Part shown: in pieces, positions 1 through 10,504 of the stretch | How the letters are laid out: each line of letters begins with the position of its first letter | Position numbering within the stretch: position 1 is the first letter of the stretch | Assembly (NCBI GenBank): GCA_963729445.1 | Contig: CAVSNU010000003.1 | Coordinates: 770,550-834,549 of the forward strand | Direction of reading: 5' to 3' | Length of the DNA: 64,000 nucleotides | From: an uncultured Chloroflexia bacterium | GTDB taxonomy: Bacteria; Chloroflexota; Chloroflexia; Thermomicrobiales; CFX8 | The notes under the pieces: model-generated | The model's database searches: none | The model's input: the letters and a program-made list of their open reading frames with translations, nothing else | What the model was told of the DNA's origin: nothing | Program-made: the position numbers and the translations under genes

Positions 1-521
1 AAGCTCGACGACAGGCCGTTTTCGGTAACCGCCTCAGGGAACAGATCCGTGGTGTCGATGCCGTGGTAGTCAATATTCTGGATCAAGCCGAGATTCGCAA
101 GTGGAAGTACATCTTCAGAGAAGATGTCGCAAATATCCCAGATAACCTCGCCCGCCTCGACCTGCGCCCTGAGCTCGGTCAAATCGGTCGGGTCTATGCT
201 GATGGACGCGCCGGTCAACCGCTCGAATGGCTCAAAGAATGCTCGGCCCTGAGCCTCCTGATACTCTCCGCCCCAGCTCGTGACCATGAGCGTTTGCCCT
301 TCCCAGCGCGTGGGATCGTCGTAGCCGGGAACGGCCTCTACAAGCACCGGGGTGGGAGTGGGGTCGGCCAGCACGGTGGGTGTCGGCACCGTTACGGACT
401 CTTTTCCGCAGCTTGCGACCACAAGGCCAGCGGCAAGCACCGAAGCCTGCTGTAGAAAACGGCGACGGCTCAGTCTGCGTTCAAGTGTCTCTCTGTGAAA
501 CCCACGGCGCGGAGCGAACAT
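1..521 (-). CDS. ABC transporter substrate-binding lipoprotein (family 1, PotD-like); the 3' part runs off the window start
   Basis: Not in the ORF track because it is open at the window edge. My minus-strand translation from the ATG at 519-521 gives MFAPRRGFHRETLERRLSRRRFLQQASVLAAGLVVASCGKE... This shows a twin-arginine motif (SRRRFL) and a lipobox (VASC), followed by TSWGGEYQEAQGRAFFEPFERLTG, typical of polyamine/iron-type binding proteins. The + ORF 63..455 is its antisense shadow. Confidence 0.6.
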   Translation of the reverse strand, partial: MFAPRRGFHRETLERRLSRRRFLQQASVLAAGLVVASCGKESVTVPTPTVLADPTPTPVLVEAVPGYDDPTRWEGQTLMVTSWGGEYQEAQGRAFFEPFERLTGASISIDPTDLTELRAQVEAGEVIWDICDIFSEDVLPLANLGLIQNIDYHGIDTTDLFPEAVTENGLSSS

Positions 522-655
522 TGCGTAACCTATCCCGGTAACGTCATTATCTCAGTGTGATTAAACGTTTCTAACGGCGAACATGCCATAGCACCGCGCA
601 TGGGAACGCGGCGCTCGTGAGAGCGCATGGCGATCGACAGCATGGTTCTGGCGAA

Positions 656-2460
656 TTAGGTGGGGTCGCCCTCTGCGCCGGCTACCTGGGCGTCGTGTTC
701 CGACCTCGGCAAGCGTTCCCGGATCGAGCCGACGGTACGCGCTACCCGCGTGCCAAAGCCAGACGCCTCGCGGCTCAGGAACTCGCGCCAGAGGCTGTTC
801 ACCTGTCCCATCTGGCGGAACTTCTTGTAGCGCTCGTCAACCCGTTTGCGCTCATGCATCGACTGGGTATCGCCCAGGGCCCAGAGCACCGCGTCCAGCA
901 GGAAGGTTGCGGCGAAGTCCGGGTTGGCGTGAGCGCCGCCGTTCGGCTCCTCTACCAGCGCGTCGGCAACCCCGAGCCGCAGGCAGTCGTGTGCCGTAAT
1001 CTTCAAGGATTCGGCAACCTCCGGCGCGCGCTCGGGGTCCCGGAACAGGATCGCCGCAGCTCCTTCCGGAGCGATCACCGAGTAGACGGCGTGTTCTTGC
1101 ATCAGCACCCGATCGGCAACACCAAACGCCAGGGCCCCGCCACTGCCACCCTCACCGATGATGACGGCCACGACCGGCACCGGCAACACGCTCATCGTTG
1201 CCAGGCACTCGCTCAACGCCGACGCAAGCCCTCGTTCCTCAGACTCCATGCCGAGGAATGCGCCGGGCGTGTCGATGAAGGTAACGACCGGGATACGCAA
1301 CCTGCCCGCCAGCTTCATGACCCGCAGCGCCTTGCGGTAGCCCTCGGGAAGCGCCTGGCCACCTCGCCGGCACGGGTCCCCATGCCCGCGCTCATGGCCG
1401 ACAATCACGACTCCCCGGCCGCCAATCTCACCTAAACCGGCAACGATCGGCGGGGTCGTCACCGAACACTCGATCCCCGTGGAGCTCGACAAACTGGGGC
1501 GTGATCTTGCGGATGTAGTCCAGCGTCGTCGGACGGTCCTCACGGCGCGCAATCCGAAGCGCCTCCCAGGCATCCAGCGGTTGGCGCGCGGCAGTCGCAA
1601 CGGCCGGCTTCGCCATCTCAGGGCTGGGCTGATCGCCGCGCGACACGACGCGCAAGATGGTCGAGAGCGTGTCGCGCATGTTGGTGCGCTCGACAATTGC
1701 GTCGATGAAGCCATGTTCGCGCAGATACTCAGCGGTGTGCGTTTGCAAGGAACCGTTCGACTCACCATCTGGGCTGGTTCCGGCGATGACCCGAGGTCCG
1801 GCAAACCCGATCAACGCCTCCGGCTCAGCCAGAATCACATCGCCCTGGCTGGCGAACGACGCATAGATGCCGCCGGTCGTTGGATCGGTAAGCACCGAGA
1901 TATATGGAATGTTCGCTTCGTGGGCGCGTTGAGCGGCAGCGGTCGTCTTGGCCATCTGTACCAGGCTGAGCATGCCTTCTTGCATGCGCGCCCCACCGCT
2001 CGCGACCACCGTGACGATCGGGATCTTGCGCGCGATCGCGTGCTCAAACGCCAGAGTCACCTTCTCGCCGACAACCGACCCCATGCTGCCTCCGAGGAAG
2101 CGGAAATCGACAGCCGCGAACACGATCTCCGCGCCCCGAATCTTGCCCCGACCGGTCAGAACCGCCTCGTTGAGCCCGGTCTTGACGCGGGCATTGGCAA
2201 CACGACTCTGATACGGCTGGGAATCGGTGAACTCCAGCGGGTCTACCGACACGATATTGGCGTTGATCTCTTCGAACGAGTTCTCATCCAGCATCAGCTC
2301 GACACGCTCGCCAGGCCCCCAGCCGGCCGTGCCGGCCACAACTGGAGCAAACCCGCAGCTGTAGCCAGAGGGAGTCAGACGACAATGCCGCTCCACACCG
2401 CTCGCAGGGCGTCGGGGGCGTGGAACTCGTTGCAAGTACAGGAGAGTGTGAACTGGTCAC
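656..2460 (-). pseudogene. accD/accA: Fused acetyl-CoA carboxylase carboxyltransferase beta+alpha (AccD-AccA as one polypeptide); frame broken twice as sequenced
   Basis: A GTG at 2458-2460 (AAGGAG 8 nt upstream) opens a Zn-ribbon, ...[33 protein letters not shown] (my translation). The first break lies in the C5 run at about 2316-2320. ORF 1428..2435 ([37 protein letters not shown] = AccD) then runs without a stop into the AccA N-terminus ([24 protein letters not shown]). The second break is at about 1445. ORF 656..1804 continues with [10 protein letters not shown]...PEGYRKALRVMKLA...IIGEGGSGGALA. Confidence 0.85.
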
Positions 2461-2511
2461 GATCGGTACTCCTTGGTCTTTTCCGCATGCCGGTCTGAGG
2501 TGTCCTACAGG

Positions 2512-3332
2512 TCAGCCCGTATGGATATGCCACGGCTCAAAGTAGACGCAGGCTGTCGGCCGCTGTCCAGTGCTGTCGCGCAACCGGCGAACTCGGTTGA
2601 CATCGACCGGGTTTCTGACGTCTCCGTCAATTTTAAGCCAACTGCCAACAATGACTCCGTGTGCAAGGCTGGCCATCTTCATGACGTTCTCGGCAGTAAC
2701 CCCTGATCCGACGTAGATTGGCACATCTCCGGCAGCCGTGACTGCAGCTCGCACGTCGTCCTGGATAGTCGCCCGTCCTGTCGCGGTGCCCGTGACGATG
2801 ATAGCGTCGGCCAGCCCACGCTCGGTTGCGTCTCGCACCGCTTCATCGATCGGGTAATGGACCCAGCGGAACGGCATGCTTGACGAGCACATCGGCGAAG
2901 ATCTGAATGCGCTCAGCGTTCAGGTACCTGCGCATCCGTAGGGTTTGGTCGGCCTCACCCTGGATAATACCCTGATCGGTCAACATTGCTCCCGTATGGA
3001 CGTTGACTCGAATAAAGTCGGCACCGGCCGCCACGGCAACGCCAAGCGCGGCCAACGCGTCGTTTCTGAGCACATTCACACCGATCCGGCAGCTCAGACT
3101 TCTCGCGGACCTTCGCACAGACACGGGTCATGGCCGCGACGGTATGCGCATCCACCCTGCCTGGCCGGAAGGGGACATCGTGGAAGTTCTCAACGATGAC
3201 TCCATCAACACCACCCTCTTGCAGTGCCTCGGCATCACGCAACGCGTGGTCGATGCATTGCTCAATCGTCAGCGCCGATTTCGGACTCCCTGGCAGCGCG
3301 GGCAGATGTATCATGCCGACAAAGTCGGTCAC
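2512..3332 (-). pseudogene. btpA: BtpA/SgcQ family protein; frame broken twice as sequenced
   Basis: Three consecutive minus ORFs tile one BtpA-type sequence. ORF 2955..3332 gives MIHLPALPGSP...EGGVDGVIVENFHDVPF...TVAAMTRV. ORF 2843..3124 gives IGVNVLRNDALAALGVAVAAGADFIRVNVHTG. ORF 2512..2892 gives LADAIIVTGTATGR...VGSGVT. The breaks are at about 3090 and about 2860. Confidence 0.75.
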
Positions 3333-3508
3333 GCTGAGACGAGACCGAGCATCAGCGAGAAAATGGCTGCAAAGAACGACACTGCCGCGAAGGTGACATA
3401 TGCTCCGCGATCGCGTCTCGCTCTCTTTGGTTTTAGAATGAACTTGGTCACCAACAGCGAGATCGACATCAAGAATGCCGCTCCAGCCAGACCAAAGTAG
3501 ATGATCAT
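3329..3508 (-). CDS. Small membrane protein (59 aa, two predicted TM helices)
   Basis: Internal ATG of ORF 3329..3604 preceded by GGGAGG. The product is MIIYFGLAGAAFLMSISLLVTKFILKPKRARRDRGAYVTFAAVSFFAAIFSLMLGLVSA. Its stop overlaps the btpA start (ATGA). No family recognised. Confidence 0.35.
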   Translation of the reverse strand: MIIYFGLAGAAFLMSISLLVTKFILKPKRARRDRGAYVTFAAVSFFAAIFSLMLGLVSA

Positions 3509-3645
3509 GCAGTTACCTCCCGCCGGGGAATGTATCCGGCGCGGGTTAATTATACGGGCGTCCCCTCTCCCTTGCCGCTTGCAGGGTCCAGAATGTCGTA
3601 CCATCGCCTGCGTGAACGGTATGCGCGAAACGGGATCTCACGGCC

Positions 3646-4045
3646 ATGAACCGCAACAACCAACCACGCTTTACCGCCGCGGAGCTTGCAGAAGCCACGG
3701 GTGTCTCAGATGCGCACCATTCGTTACTATATCCAGGAGGGCCTGCTGCTTCCGGCCGCAGGGCGAGGAAAGTCGTCGTACTACACCCCCGTCCACGTCG
3801 AACAGCTCACCCTGGTTCGCGATCTACGTGCCCAGGGCCTCTCTCTGGAGGAGATCCGGGCGACACTAACGCCCGCCCCCGAGACCACTCAGGACGAGCT
3901 CGACGCTTGGCACCGGCTCCGGCTGCGCGACGACCTGGAGATCCACGTCCGGGCCGACGCACCAGAGGCAGTTCACGAGCTCACCAGACAGTTCCAGGAG
4001 CAATTCGATCGCTGGCTCGGATCGGAGCCGGACGATACGCTCTGA
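3646..4045 (+). pseudogene. MerR-family HTH transcriptional regulator; one frame break in the HTH
   Basis: The frame of ORF 3646 gives MNRNNQPRFTAAELAEATGVS (helix 1). The frame of ORF 3686..4045 gives QMRTIRYYIQEGLLLP (recognition helix) plus the remaining 110 aa. The two join if one G is added in the GGG at about 3700. Confidence 0.7.
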
Positions 4046-4057
4046 CGATACGCTCTG

Positions 4058-4579
4058 ATGGAGTCAACCACGTACAATTTAGCGCACAATGTAGCGTTAC
4101 ACTGCCTTGGGATAAAGGATCCGCTTACCGTGTCCATTACCGAACATCGCATCGCGCTCGACCCTGTGGTCCGGACATTCCGCGAGCAGGGAGTCTACGC
4201 TTACGGCACCGTCGATGACGAGAACCGCTGGTGCGTGGCGGCCGATCTGGAAGCCGGCCACATCGATATTCGCATCGGGCTCGACGGCTACGAGCTTGAC
4301 GTCTGGGCGACCTCGCCCGGCATGTTCGTCGAAGAAGAGGATCCGCGCCGTCGCCAGGCCATGGAGCGTCTGGTGCGTGTCTCAATTCCCGGCATCCAGC
4401 GCGGCTATCTTGATGAGAATCACCTGCTGACCTGGGAGGACAGCGAGGCAGGAATCGCGCTCAGAAAGTCAGTGGCCTTGCCGTTTTCCGTTGATGCACG
4501 TCTGCCGGAGATCGCTCTGGATCAGCTTGAAGAGTTAAATGAGACGCTGGCCGCTCTTGAGAGCCGCCTGCTGAGGTAA
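4058..4579 (+). CDS. Hypothetical protein (173 aa), probably co-transcribed with the MerR gene
   Basis: Intact ORF starting 13 nt after the MerR stop. No motif I recognise. The C-terminal part looks coiled-coil-like (LDQLEELNETLAALESRLL). Confidence 0.5.
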   Translation: MESTTYNLAHNVALHCLGIKDPLTVSITEHRIALDPVVRTFREQGVYAYGTVDDENRWCVAADLEAGHIDIRIGLDGYELDVWATSPGMFVEEEDPRRRQAMERLVRVSIPGIQRGYLDENHLLTWEDSEAGIALRKSVALPFSVDARLPEIALDQLEELNETLAALESRLLR

Positions 4580-4592
4580 GGAAGCGCCGCAC

Positions 4593-6276
4593 GTGCCAAC
4601 CGACTGGCATCGAGCCTTGCGAATCGCAACCCAGCGCGAACCGGCAGACCTGTTATTGCGTGGCGGTAAAGTCGTCAACGTGTTCACCGGCGATATTACG
4701 GACGCCAACGTGGCGATCGCCGGTGGCACGATCATCGGCGTCGGGGACTACACCCGCGCGCGCCAGACGATCGATCTGCATGGCGCGTATCTGGCGCCTT
4801 CGTTCATCGACGGACACATCCATATGGAGAGCTCGCTGCTCTGGGTCACTGAGTTCGCCAGGGCAGTCGTTCCGCACGGGACCGGCGCAGTCGTTACCGA
4901 CCCCCACGAGATCGCGAACGTCAGGGGACTGGAGGGGTTCCGCGCATTTGTCAAAGCCAGCATAGGGCTTCCAATCGGCGTCCACTTCACCGTTCCCTCG
5001 TGTGTACCCGCCAGCCCCTTCGAGACAGCCGGCGCTGAGATGAGCACGGCGGACATCGCTGACGCGCTCGAGCATCCGAAGGTCGTCGGGCTGGGCGAGA
5101 TGATGAACTTCCCCGGTGTGTTAGCGGGTGATATCGGAATCCGTGCCAAGCTGGACGCCGCGTATGGCCGCCGGATCGACGGCCACGCGCCGGGATTGCG
5201 AGGCCACGATCTCGACGCATACGTGCTCTCTGGCATGACCAGCGACCACGAGTCCACAGAGCTGGAAGAAGGCCGGCAGAAGCTTGAGCGGGGCATGATG
5301 CTCATGTTGCGTGAGGGCTCCACCGAACACAACATGCTCGAGCTGCTCCCACTCGTCAACGACCAGACCTACGCGCGCTGCTGTTTCGCGAGTGATGATC
5401 GTGACTGTTCGACCTTGCTCCACGAGGGTCATATAAACGCAACCCTCTGCAAGGCCGTCGCGGCCGGACTGGACCCCGTGCGCGCTATCCGCCTGGCAAC
5501 CTTCAACGTCGCGGATTATTGGCGGCTGGACCGGGTTGGTGCCGTCGCACCCGGCTACTGGGCCAACCTCGTTGTGCTCCAGGATCTCGACCGGTTTACG
5601 GTGCGGCAAGTGTTCTTCAAAGGCGAGCTCGTGGCTGAGAACGGGCAGCCGACCTTCAACACACAGGCCGACGTTCCAGACGTCCTGCGCAACACGGTCA
5701 ACATGAAGCCCCTGAATCCGGCCCAGCTACGGTTGACACCAGAGACCGGGCGGCTAGCCGTAGGCGTTATCGACGGCCAGATCGTCACCCGGCTCATGCA
5801 CGTCGAGCCGAAGATTGAGAACGGTGAAGCCGTCGTCGACCTCGAGCGCGATCTGCTCAAGCTCGTCTGCGTTGAGCGTCACCATGCCACCGGCAACGTC
5901 GGCGTCGGCTACGTCCACGGGTTCAATCTCAAACGCGGCGCGCTGGCCTCATCCATCGCCCACGACGCGCACAACATCGTCGCCGTCGGTGTCGCCGATG
6001 CCGATATTCAACTCGCCATCGAAACCGTCGCCGGCGATGCAGGGCGGGCTCGTGGCGGTGTCGGAGGGGGAGGTTGTCGCCCGGATGGCCCTGCCAATCG
6101 CCGGGATCCTCAGCGACCGGCCGTTGGAAGAGACCGCGGCCCTCTATCACGCGCTGGAAGAGACCGCCCGCGAGTTGGGCTCGACGCTCACCTCGCCCTT
6201 CGGGCTCCTCGCGTTCATGGCACTCTCGGTCATCCCTGAAGCGCGTGTCACAGATCAGGGGTTCGTCACCCTGTGA
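4593..6276 (+). pseudogene. ade: Adenine deaminase; one frame break near the C-terminus
   Basis: ORF 4593..6239 carries LLLRGGKVVNVFTG...APSFIDGHIHMESS (amidohydrolase metal site) and is typical Ade throughout. After ...AHNIVAVGVADADIQLAIETVAG the family-typical sequence continues in ORF 5815..6276 (MQGGLVAVSEGEVVARMALPIAGILSDRP...VTDQGFVTL*). The break is at about 6040. Confidence 0.85.
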
Positions 6277-6617
6277 GCAAAGAGCAACCAACAGCATCAT
6301 CGCGTGCGGGCAACACCGCTTTCGTGCGCTGGCTCGCGAAGTGGGCGGTCATCACGTCGCTGCTGATCCTGGCATTTGACGTCGCCATCCTGCGCAACTA
6401 TCCGTTTCCCGGCAGCATCGAAAATCTACGGGCCGTTTTCTACCTGGCTGTCGGCTGCGGACTGGTCGTTGCCAGCCTGGCGTTCGCCTTTCTGGGTTAT
6501 CGAATCGTGAGCATGCGCTATGCGGGGCGGAGCAAAGCGATCTACCTTATTTTCCTCCCGCCCGTTCTTCTGGTAACGTCACTCGTCTGGCTGCTGCTGC
6601 TCGCACAGGCAGGCTAA
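6273..6617 (+). CDS. Hypothetical integral membrane protein (114 aa, about 3 TM)
   Basis: Intact ORF with a 4-nt overlap on the ade stop and hydrophobic segments (WAVITSLLILAFDVAIL, FYLAVGCGLVVASLAFAFLGY, LIFLPPVLLVTSLVWLLLLA). Confidence 0.5.
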   Translation: MSKEQPTASSRAGNTAFVRWLAKWAVITSLLILAFDVAILRNYPFPGSIENLRAVFYLAVGCGLVVASLAFAFLGYRIVSMRYAGRSKAIYLIFLPPVLLVTSLVWLLLLAQAG

Positions 6618-6654
6618 ACGTGAAACCGCTGATAACTGGCAAGGAGAACGACGG

Positions 6655-8770
6655 TTGATCGAGCAAAACGGCTCGCAGCGCGACAATCTGGCAATCTCAT
6701 TCGATGTTGGCGGCACCTTCACCGATTTTGTGGTCGTTGACCTCGACTCCGGCGAAATCGTCGCGCGTCACAAAGTGCTCACCAACCCCCAACGCCCCGC
6801 TCGCGGTGTCCTCCGTGGCTGGAACGACATTTTCAACGACGGCCTTGCAAGCTCGTCGGTCCGGCTATCAGTGCATTCGACGACGCTGGTGACCAACGCG
6901 ATCATCGAGCGCAAGGGCGCCAAGACCGCCCTGTTGACCACGCGCGGCTTTCGGGACATCCTCGAACTGGCGCGCGAGCAGATGTACGACATCTACGACC
7001 TCTTCGCGCCGCCGCCGGACCCGTTGATCCCCCGGCCGCTCCGATTGGAGATCGACGAGCGCACGACCGCCGACGGCGACATCCTGACCGCGCCCTGCCC
7101 CGCCTCAATCCAGACCGCGATCGACATCCTTCGAGAACGAGGGGTCGAGTCGGTCTCCGTCGCCTTCCTGCACTCCTATCGCAATGCCGCCAACGAGCGT
7201 GAGGTCGTCCAGCAGATCGCAAGCGCGCTGCCGGATATCACCATCTCGCTCAGCTCGGACGTCGCACCCATCGCCGGTGAATATGAGCGCACGTCAACCG
7301 TCGCCGCAGACGCCTACACCAAGCCAATCGTGAGCCAGTACGTCCGCGAGCTGCAACAGGTGCTGGGCGAGGCCGGCATGGCGTGTGCCCTGCATCTCGT
7401 GCTCTCGTCTGGTGAGATCACCTCCGCTGAATCTGCCGCCCGGCGTCCGGTGCGCCTGCTGGAGTCCGGGCCGGCGTCCGGCGCGATGGCGGCGGCCTTC
7501 TTCGGCAAGCTGGCCGGACACGAGGACGTGCTTTCGCTCGATATGGGCGGCACGACGGCCAAAGCCTGCGTAATCGAAGGCGGCAAGCCAGAGCTAACGC
7601 ACCTGCTGGAGGCCGCCCGGGTCCGGCGCTTCATGAAGGGCTCGGGACTGCCCATTGTGGCGCCCGTCGTGGACCTGATCGAGATTGGCGCGGGTGGCGG
7701 ATCGATCGCCCGCAAGGACGAGCTGGGGCTGCTCAAGGTCGGGCCGGACTCGGCCGGCGCGGACCCCGGCCCTGCTTGCTACGGCCTGGGAGGCCAACTG
7801 CCGACGGTTTCAGACGCCAACCTGCTGCTCGGCTACCTGAGCGCCGACTATTTTCTGGGCGGTACCATCCCGCTCCGCGCCGACAACGCCGCAGCCGCGA
7901 TGCGCGTGCTGGCAGACAGTCTCGGGCTCACAGTCGAGGAAACCGCCTGGGGCATTCACCGCGTCGTGAACGAGAACATGGCCGCCGCGGCACGCATGCA
8001 CATCATCGAGCGCAACCGGGACCCGCGCTCGCTGGCCACCATCGCCTTCGGCGGAGCCGGCCCGGCTCACGCCATCGCCGTCGCGCGGCTGCTCGGCTCC
8101 AGCACTGTCATCTTCCCACCCGGTGCCGGCGTTGCCTCGGCGCTCGGTGCGCTGGTCTCGCCCATCGCGTTCACAGCCGGCCGCACCCTGATGTCCCGTC
8201 TCGACGCAGCGGATTGGTCCGAGATCACCACGATGTACCGTGAGCTCGAAGCACAGGCGATTGATGAGCTGACCGGTACCGGGGTGCCGGCGAGCGACGT
8301 TACCTTCCGGCGTTGGGCCGAAATGCGGCTTGAAGGCCAGTACCACGAGATCGCGGTCGATCTGCCGGACGTCGAGCTCGGTCCAGACGTCGTTCCAGCC
8401 ATCAAGAGCGCCTTCGCCGAGGCCTACGCCCGTCAATATGGCCGGGTGCTCGAAGGATTAGGCCATCGAGACGCTGCACTGGCGTTTGACCGCCACTGGC
8501 CCGGAAACGGCGGTGCAGCTGAAGAAGCACGCACGACCAGGCGGCTCCGCTGATTCCGCCCTGAAGGGTCAACGTCCGGTCTACTTCCCCGACGTCGGCT
8601 ATCGCGACGTGCCTGTTTATGACCGCGAGCGCTTCACGGCCGGCATGACCTTCAGCGGTCCGGCGATCGTTGAAGAGCGCGAATCGACCGCCGTCATCTG
8701 GCCGGGGGACCGGGCGAGAATCGACGATTACCTCGCCATGGTCGTAGAGATTGAGGGAGAGAACCGATGA
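6655..8770 (+). pseudogene. hyuA: Hydantoinase A / N-methylhydantoinase A / oxoprolinase-family subunit; one frame break
   Basis: ORF 6655..8553 shows FDVGGTFTDFVVVD...LSLDMGGTTAK...GGAGPAHA, the hydantoinase_A ATPase fold. After ...YARQYGRVLEG the sequence continues in ORF 8486..8770 (..LTATGPETAVQLKK...PAIVEERESTAVIWPGD). The break is at about 8460. Confidence 0.85.
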
Positions 8771-10446
8771 CGGTCAACACCGAGAAGCATACCGACGTCC
8801 GGGAACTATTTGACCCGGTTTCACTCGAAGTCATGTGGAGCCGGCTCATCAACATCGCCGACGAGATGTGGACGACCGTCCTGCGGACCGCTGTCTCAAC
8901 CATCATTGGCGCTGCCCAGGACTTCGGCTGTGAGCTGTTGGACGAGCGCGGCAACTCGCTGGCCCACTCCTACCGTTCGATGCCAGTCTTCAACCTGATC
9001 ATGCCTGAGCTGACGCGTAAGCTCATTGAGCTGTACCCGGTCGAGACCATGCGTCCCGGCGATGTCTACACCACCAACGACCCCTGGATCTGCGCGGGGC
9101 ACCTGGACGACATCGCCGTCATCACGCCCATCTTCCGTGGAGACAGAGTCGTCGCCTTCGCCAACACGGTCGCTCATACATCGTCAATTGGCGGAGCGCT
9201 GGACGGCGTGGCAGTCAAGGATTTCCACGAAGAGGGCCTCTTCTTCCCGCTGCTCAAACTCTATGACGCGGGTCAGCCCAACGAGACGCTCTTCGCGATC
9301 ATCCGCGGGAACGTCCGCCAGCCGGACATGGTGCTGACCGACATCGAGTCGCAGGTCACTGCCAACACCGTCGCCCAGGAGCGCCTGCTGGCGTTCATGG
9401 ACGAGTACAAGCTGGACTCGCTGGCCGAGCTGGCCGCTACCGTACAATCGCGCGCCGAGACGGCGATGCGAGCCGCGATCCAGGCCGTGCCGGACGGGCG
9501 CTATACCGCGAGCGAGATGATCGAGGGCAACGGAGAGCCGCTCGAGCTGCGGGTCGCCATCGAGGTTAACGGCTCGGAGATCCTCGTTGATTACGCTGGA
9601 ACAGCAGCCCAGACGCTCGGCGGCGGGATCAACTGCACCTTCACCTATACACGAGCCCATACCGTCTACCCGCTGAAGTGCTTGCTGACGCCGAATGTAC
9701 CGAACAACGAGGGCTGCTTCAGACCGATCAGCACCGTCGCCCCGGAGCGCTCGATCCTGCATGCCCAGCCGCCAGCCTCAGTCAACTCGCGCACCAAGAC
9801 CGGGTGGCACATACACAGCCTGATCTTTAGCGCTCTGGCAGAAGCGATGCCTGGGAACGTGCAGGCCGGTAACGGTCTGATGTACGCGCTGCGCGCCTAC
9901 GCTCGTGACGCCGACGGCACGCCGCGCAACGCCCACCTCATCTGCGGCGGTGGTCGCGGAGCCGGTTATGGAAGCGACGGGGTGACGCGCAACTGTTTCC
10001 CATCCAGCGCCGGCAACGTGCCGATCGAGATTTTCGAGAGCCGCGTTCCTCTGCTCGTTGACGAGAACGCGCTGGTTGCGAACTCCGGCGGTCAGGGCAC
10101 CTGGCGCGGCGCGCCAGGCCAGCGATTGACGGTCCGCAAGCGGCCCGGCCACGACCTGCCAGTCGCCATCTACGTCCACCCCGATCGCCTGCGCTTCCCT
10201 GCGCCGGCCCTCTTCGGCGGCGAAGACAGCCAGCGCAACACACTGCTCTTTAACGGGGAGAATGTCGCGCCGGACGGCAGCATGTCGAGCGGCGAGATCG
10301 TGCTCAAGGGCGCGGACGATACCTTCACCTCGATCATCGCCGGCGGTGCAGGATACGGCCGCGCCAGCGAGCGTGACCGTGAAGCCGTACAGCGTGACGT
10401 TGAGTTTGGATATGTGACGAACGCAAAGGCGGACCCGGGCGCCTAG
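8767..10446 (+). CDS. hyuB: Hydantoinase B / N-methylhydantoinase B / oxoprolinase-family subunit
   Basis: Intact 559-aa ORF with a 4-nt overlap on hyuA. Hydantoinase_B-type sequence is present (DPVSLEVMWSRLINIADEM, TNDPWICAGHLDDI, GGGRGAGYGSDG). Confidence 0.9.
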   Translation: MTVNTEKHTDVRELFDPVSLEVMWSRLINIADEMWTTVLRTAVSTIIGAAQDFGCELLDERGNSLAHSYRSMPVFNLIMPELTRKLIELYPVETMRPGDVYTTNDPWICAGHLDDIAVITPIFRGDRVVAFANTVAHTSSIGGALDGVAVKDFHEEGLFFPLLKLYDAGQPNETLFAIIRGNVRQPDMVLTDIESQVTANTVAQERLLAFMDEYKLDSLAELAATVQSRAETAMRAAIQAVPDGRYTASEMIEGNGEPLELRVAIEVNGSEILVDYAGTAAQTLGGGINCTFTYTRAHTVYPLKCLLTPNVPNNEGCFRPISTVAPERSILHAQPPASVNSRTKTGWHIHSLIFSALAEAMPGNVQAGNGLMYALRAYARDADGTPRNAHLICGGGRGAGYGSDGVTRNCFPSSAGNVPIEIFESRVPLLVDENALVANSGGQGTWRGAPGQRLTVRKRPGHDLPVAIYVHPDRLRFPAPALFGGEDSQRNTLLFNGENVAPDGSMSSGEIVLKGADDTFTSIIAGGAGYGRASERDREAVQRDVEFGYVTNAKADPGA

Positions 10447-10504
10447 AGCAATTGCTGGAAGCATCGACCTGCGTGGCGGTGCAATGACGATGTCTAGGTG
10501 CGTC

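Noticed and set aside
617-2498. Long + strand ORFs (617..1435, 272 aa; 1479..2498, 339 aa) opposite accD-accA
   Set aside because: They are Arg/Ala/Gly-rich with no recognisable motifs, and they lie exactly antisense to a gene with strong family signatures. These are typical shadow ORFs of high-GC DNA.
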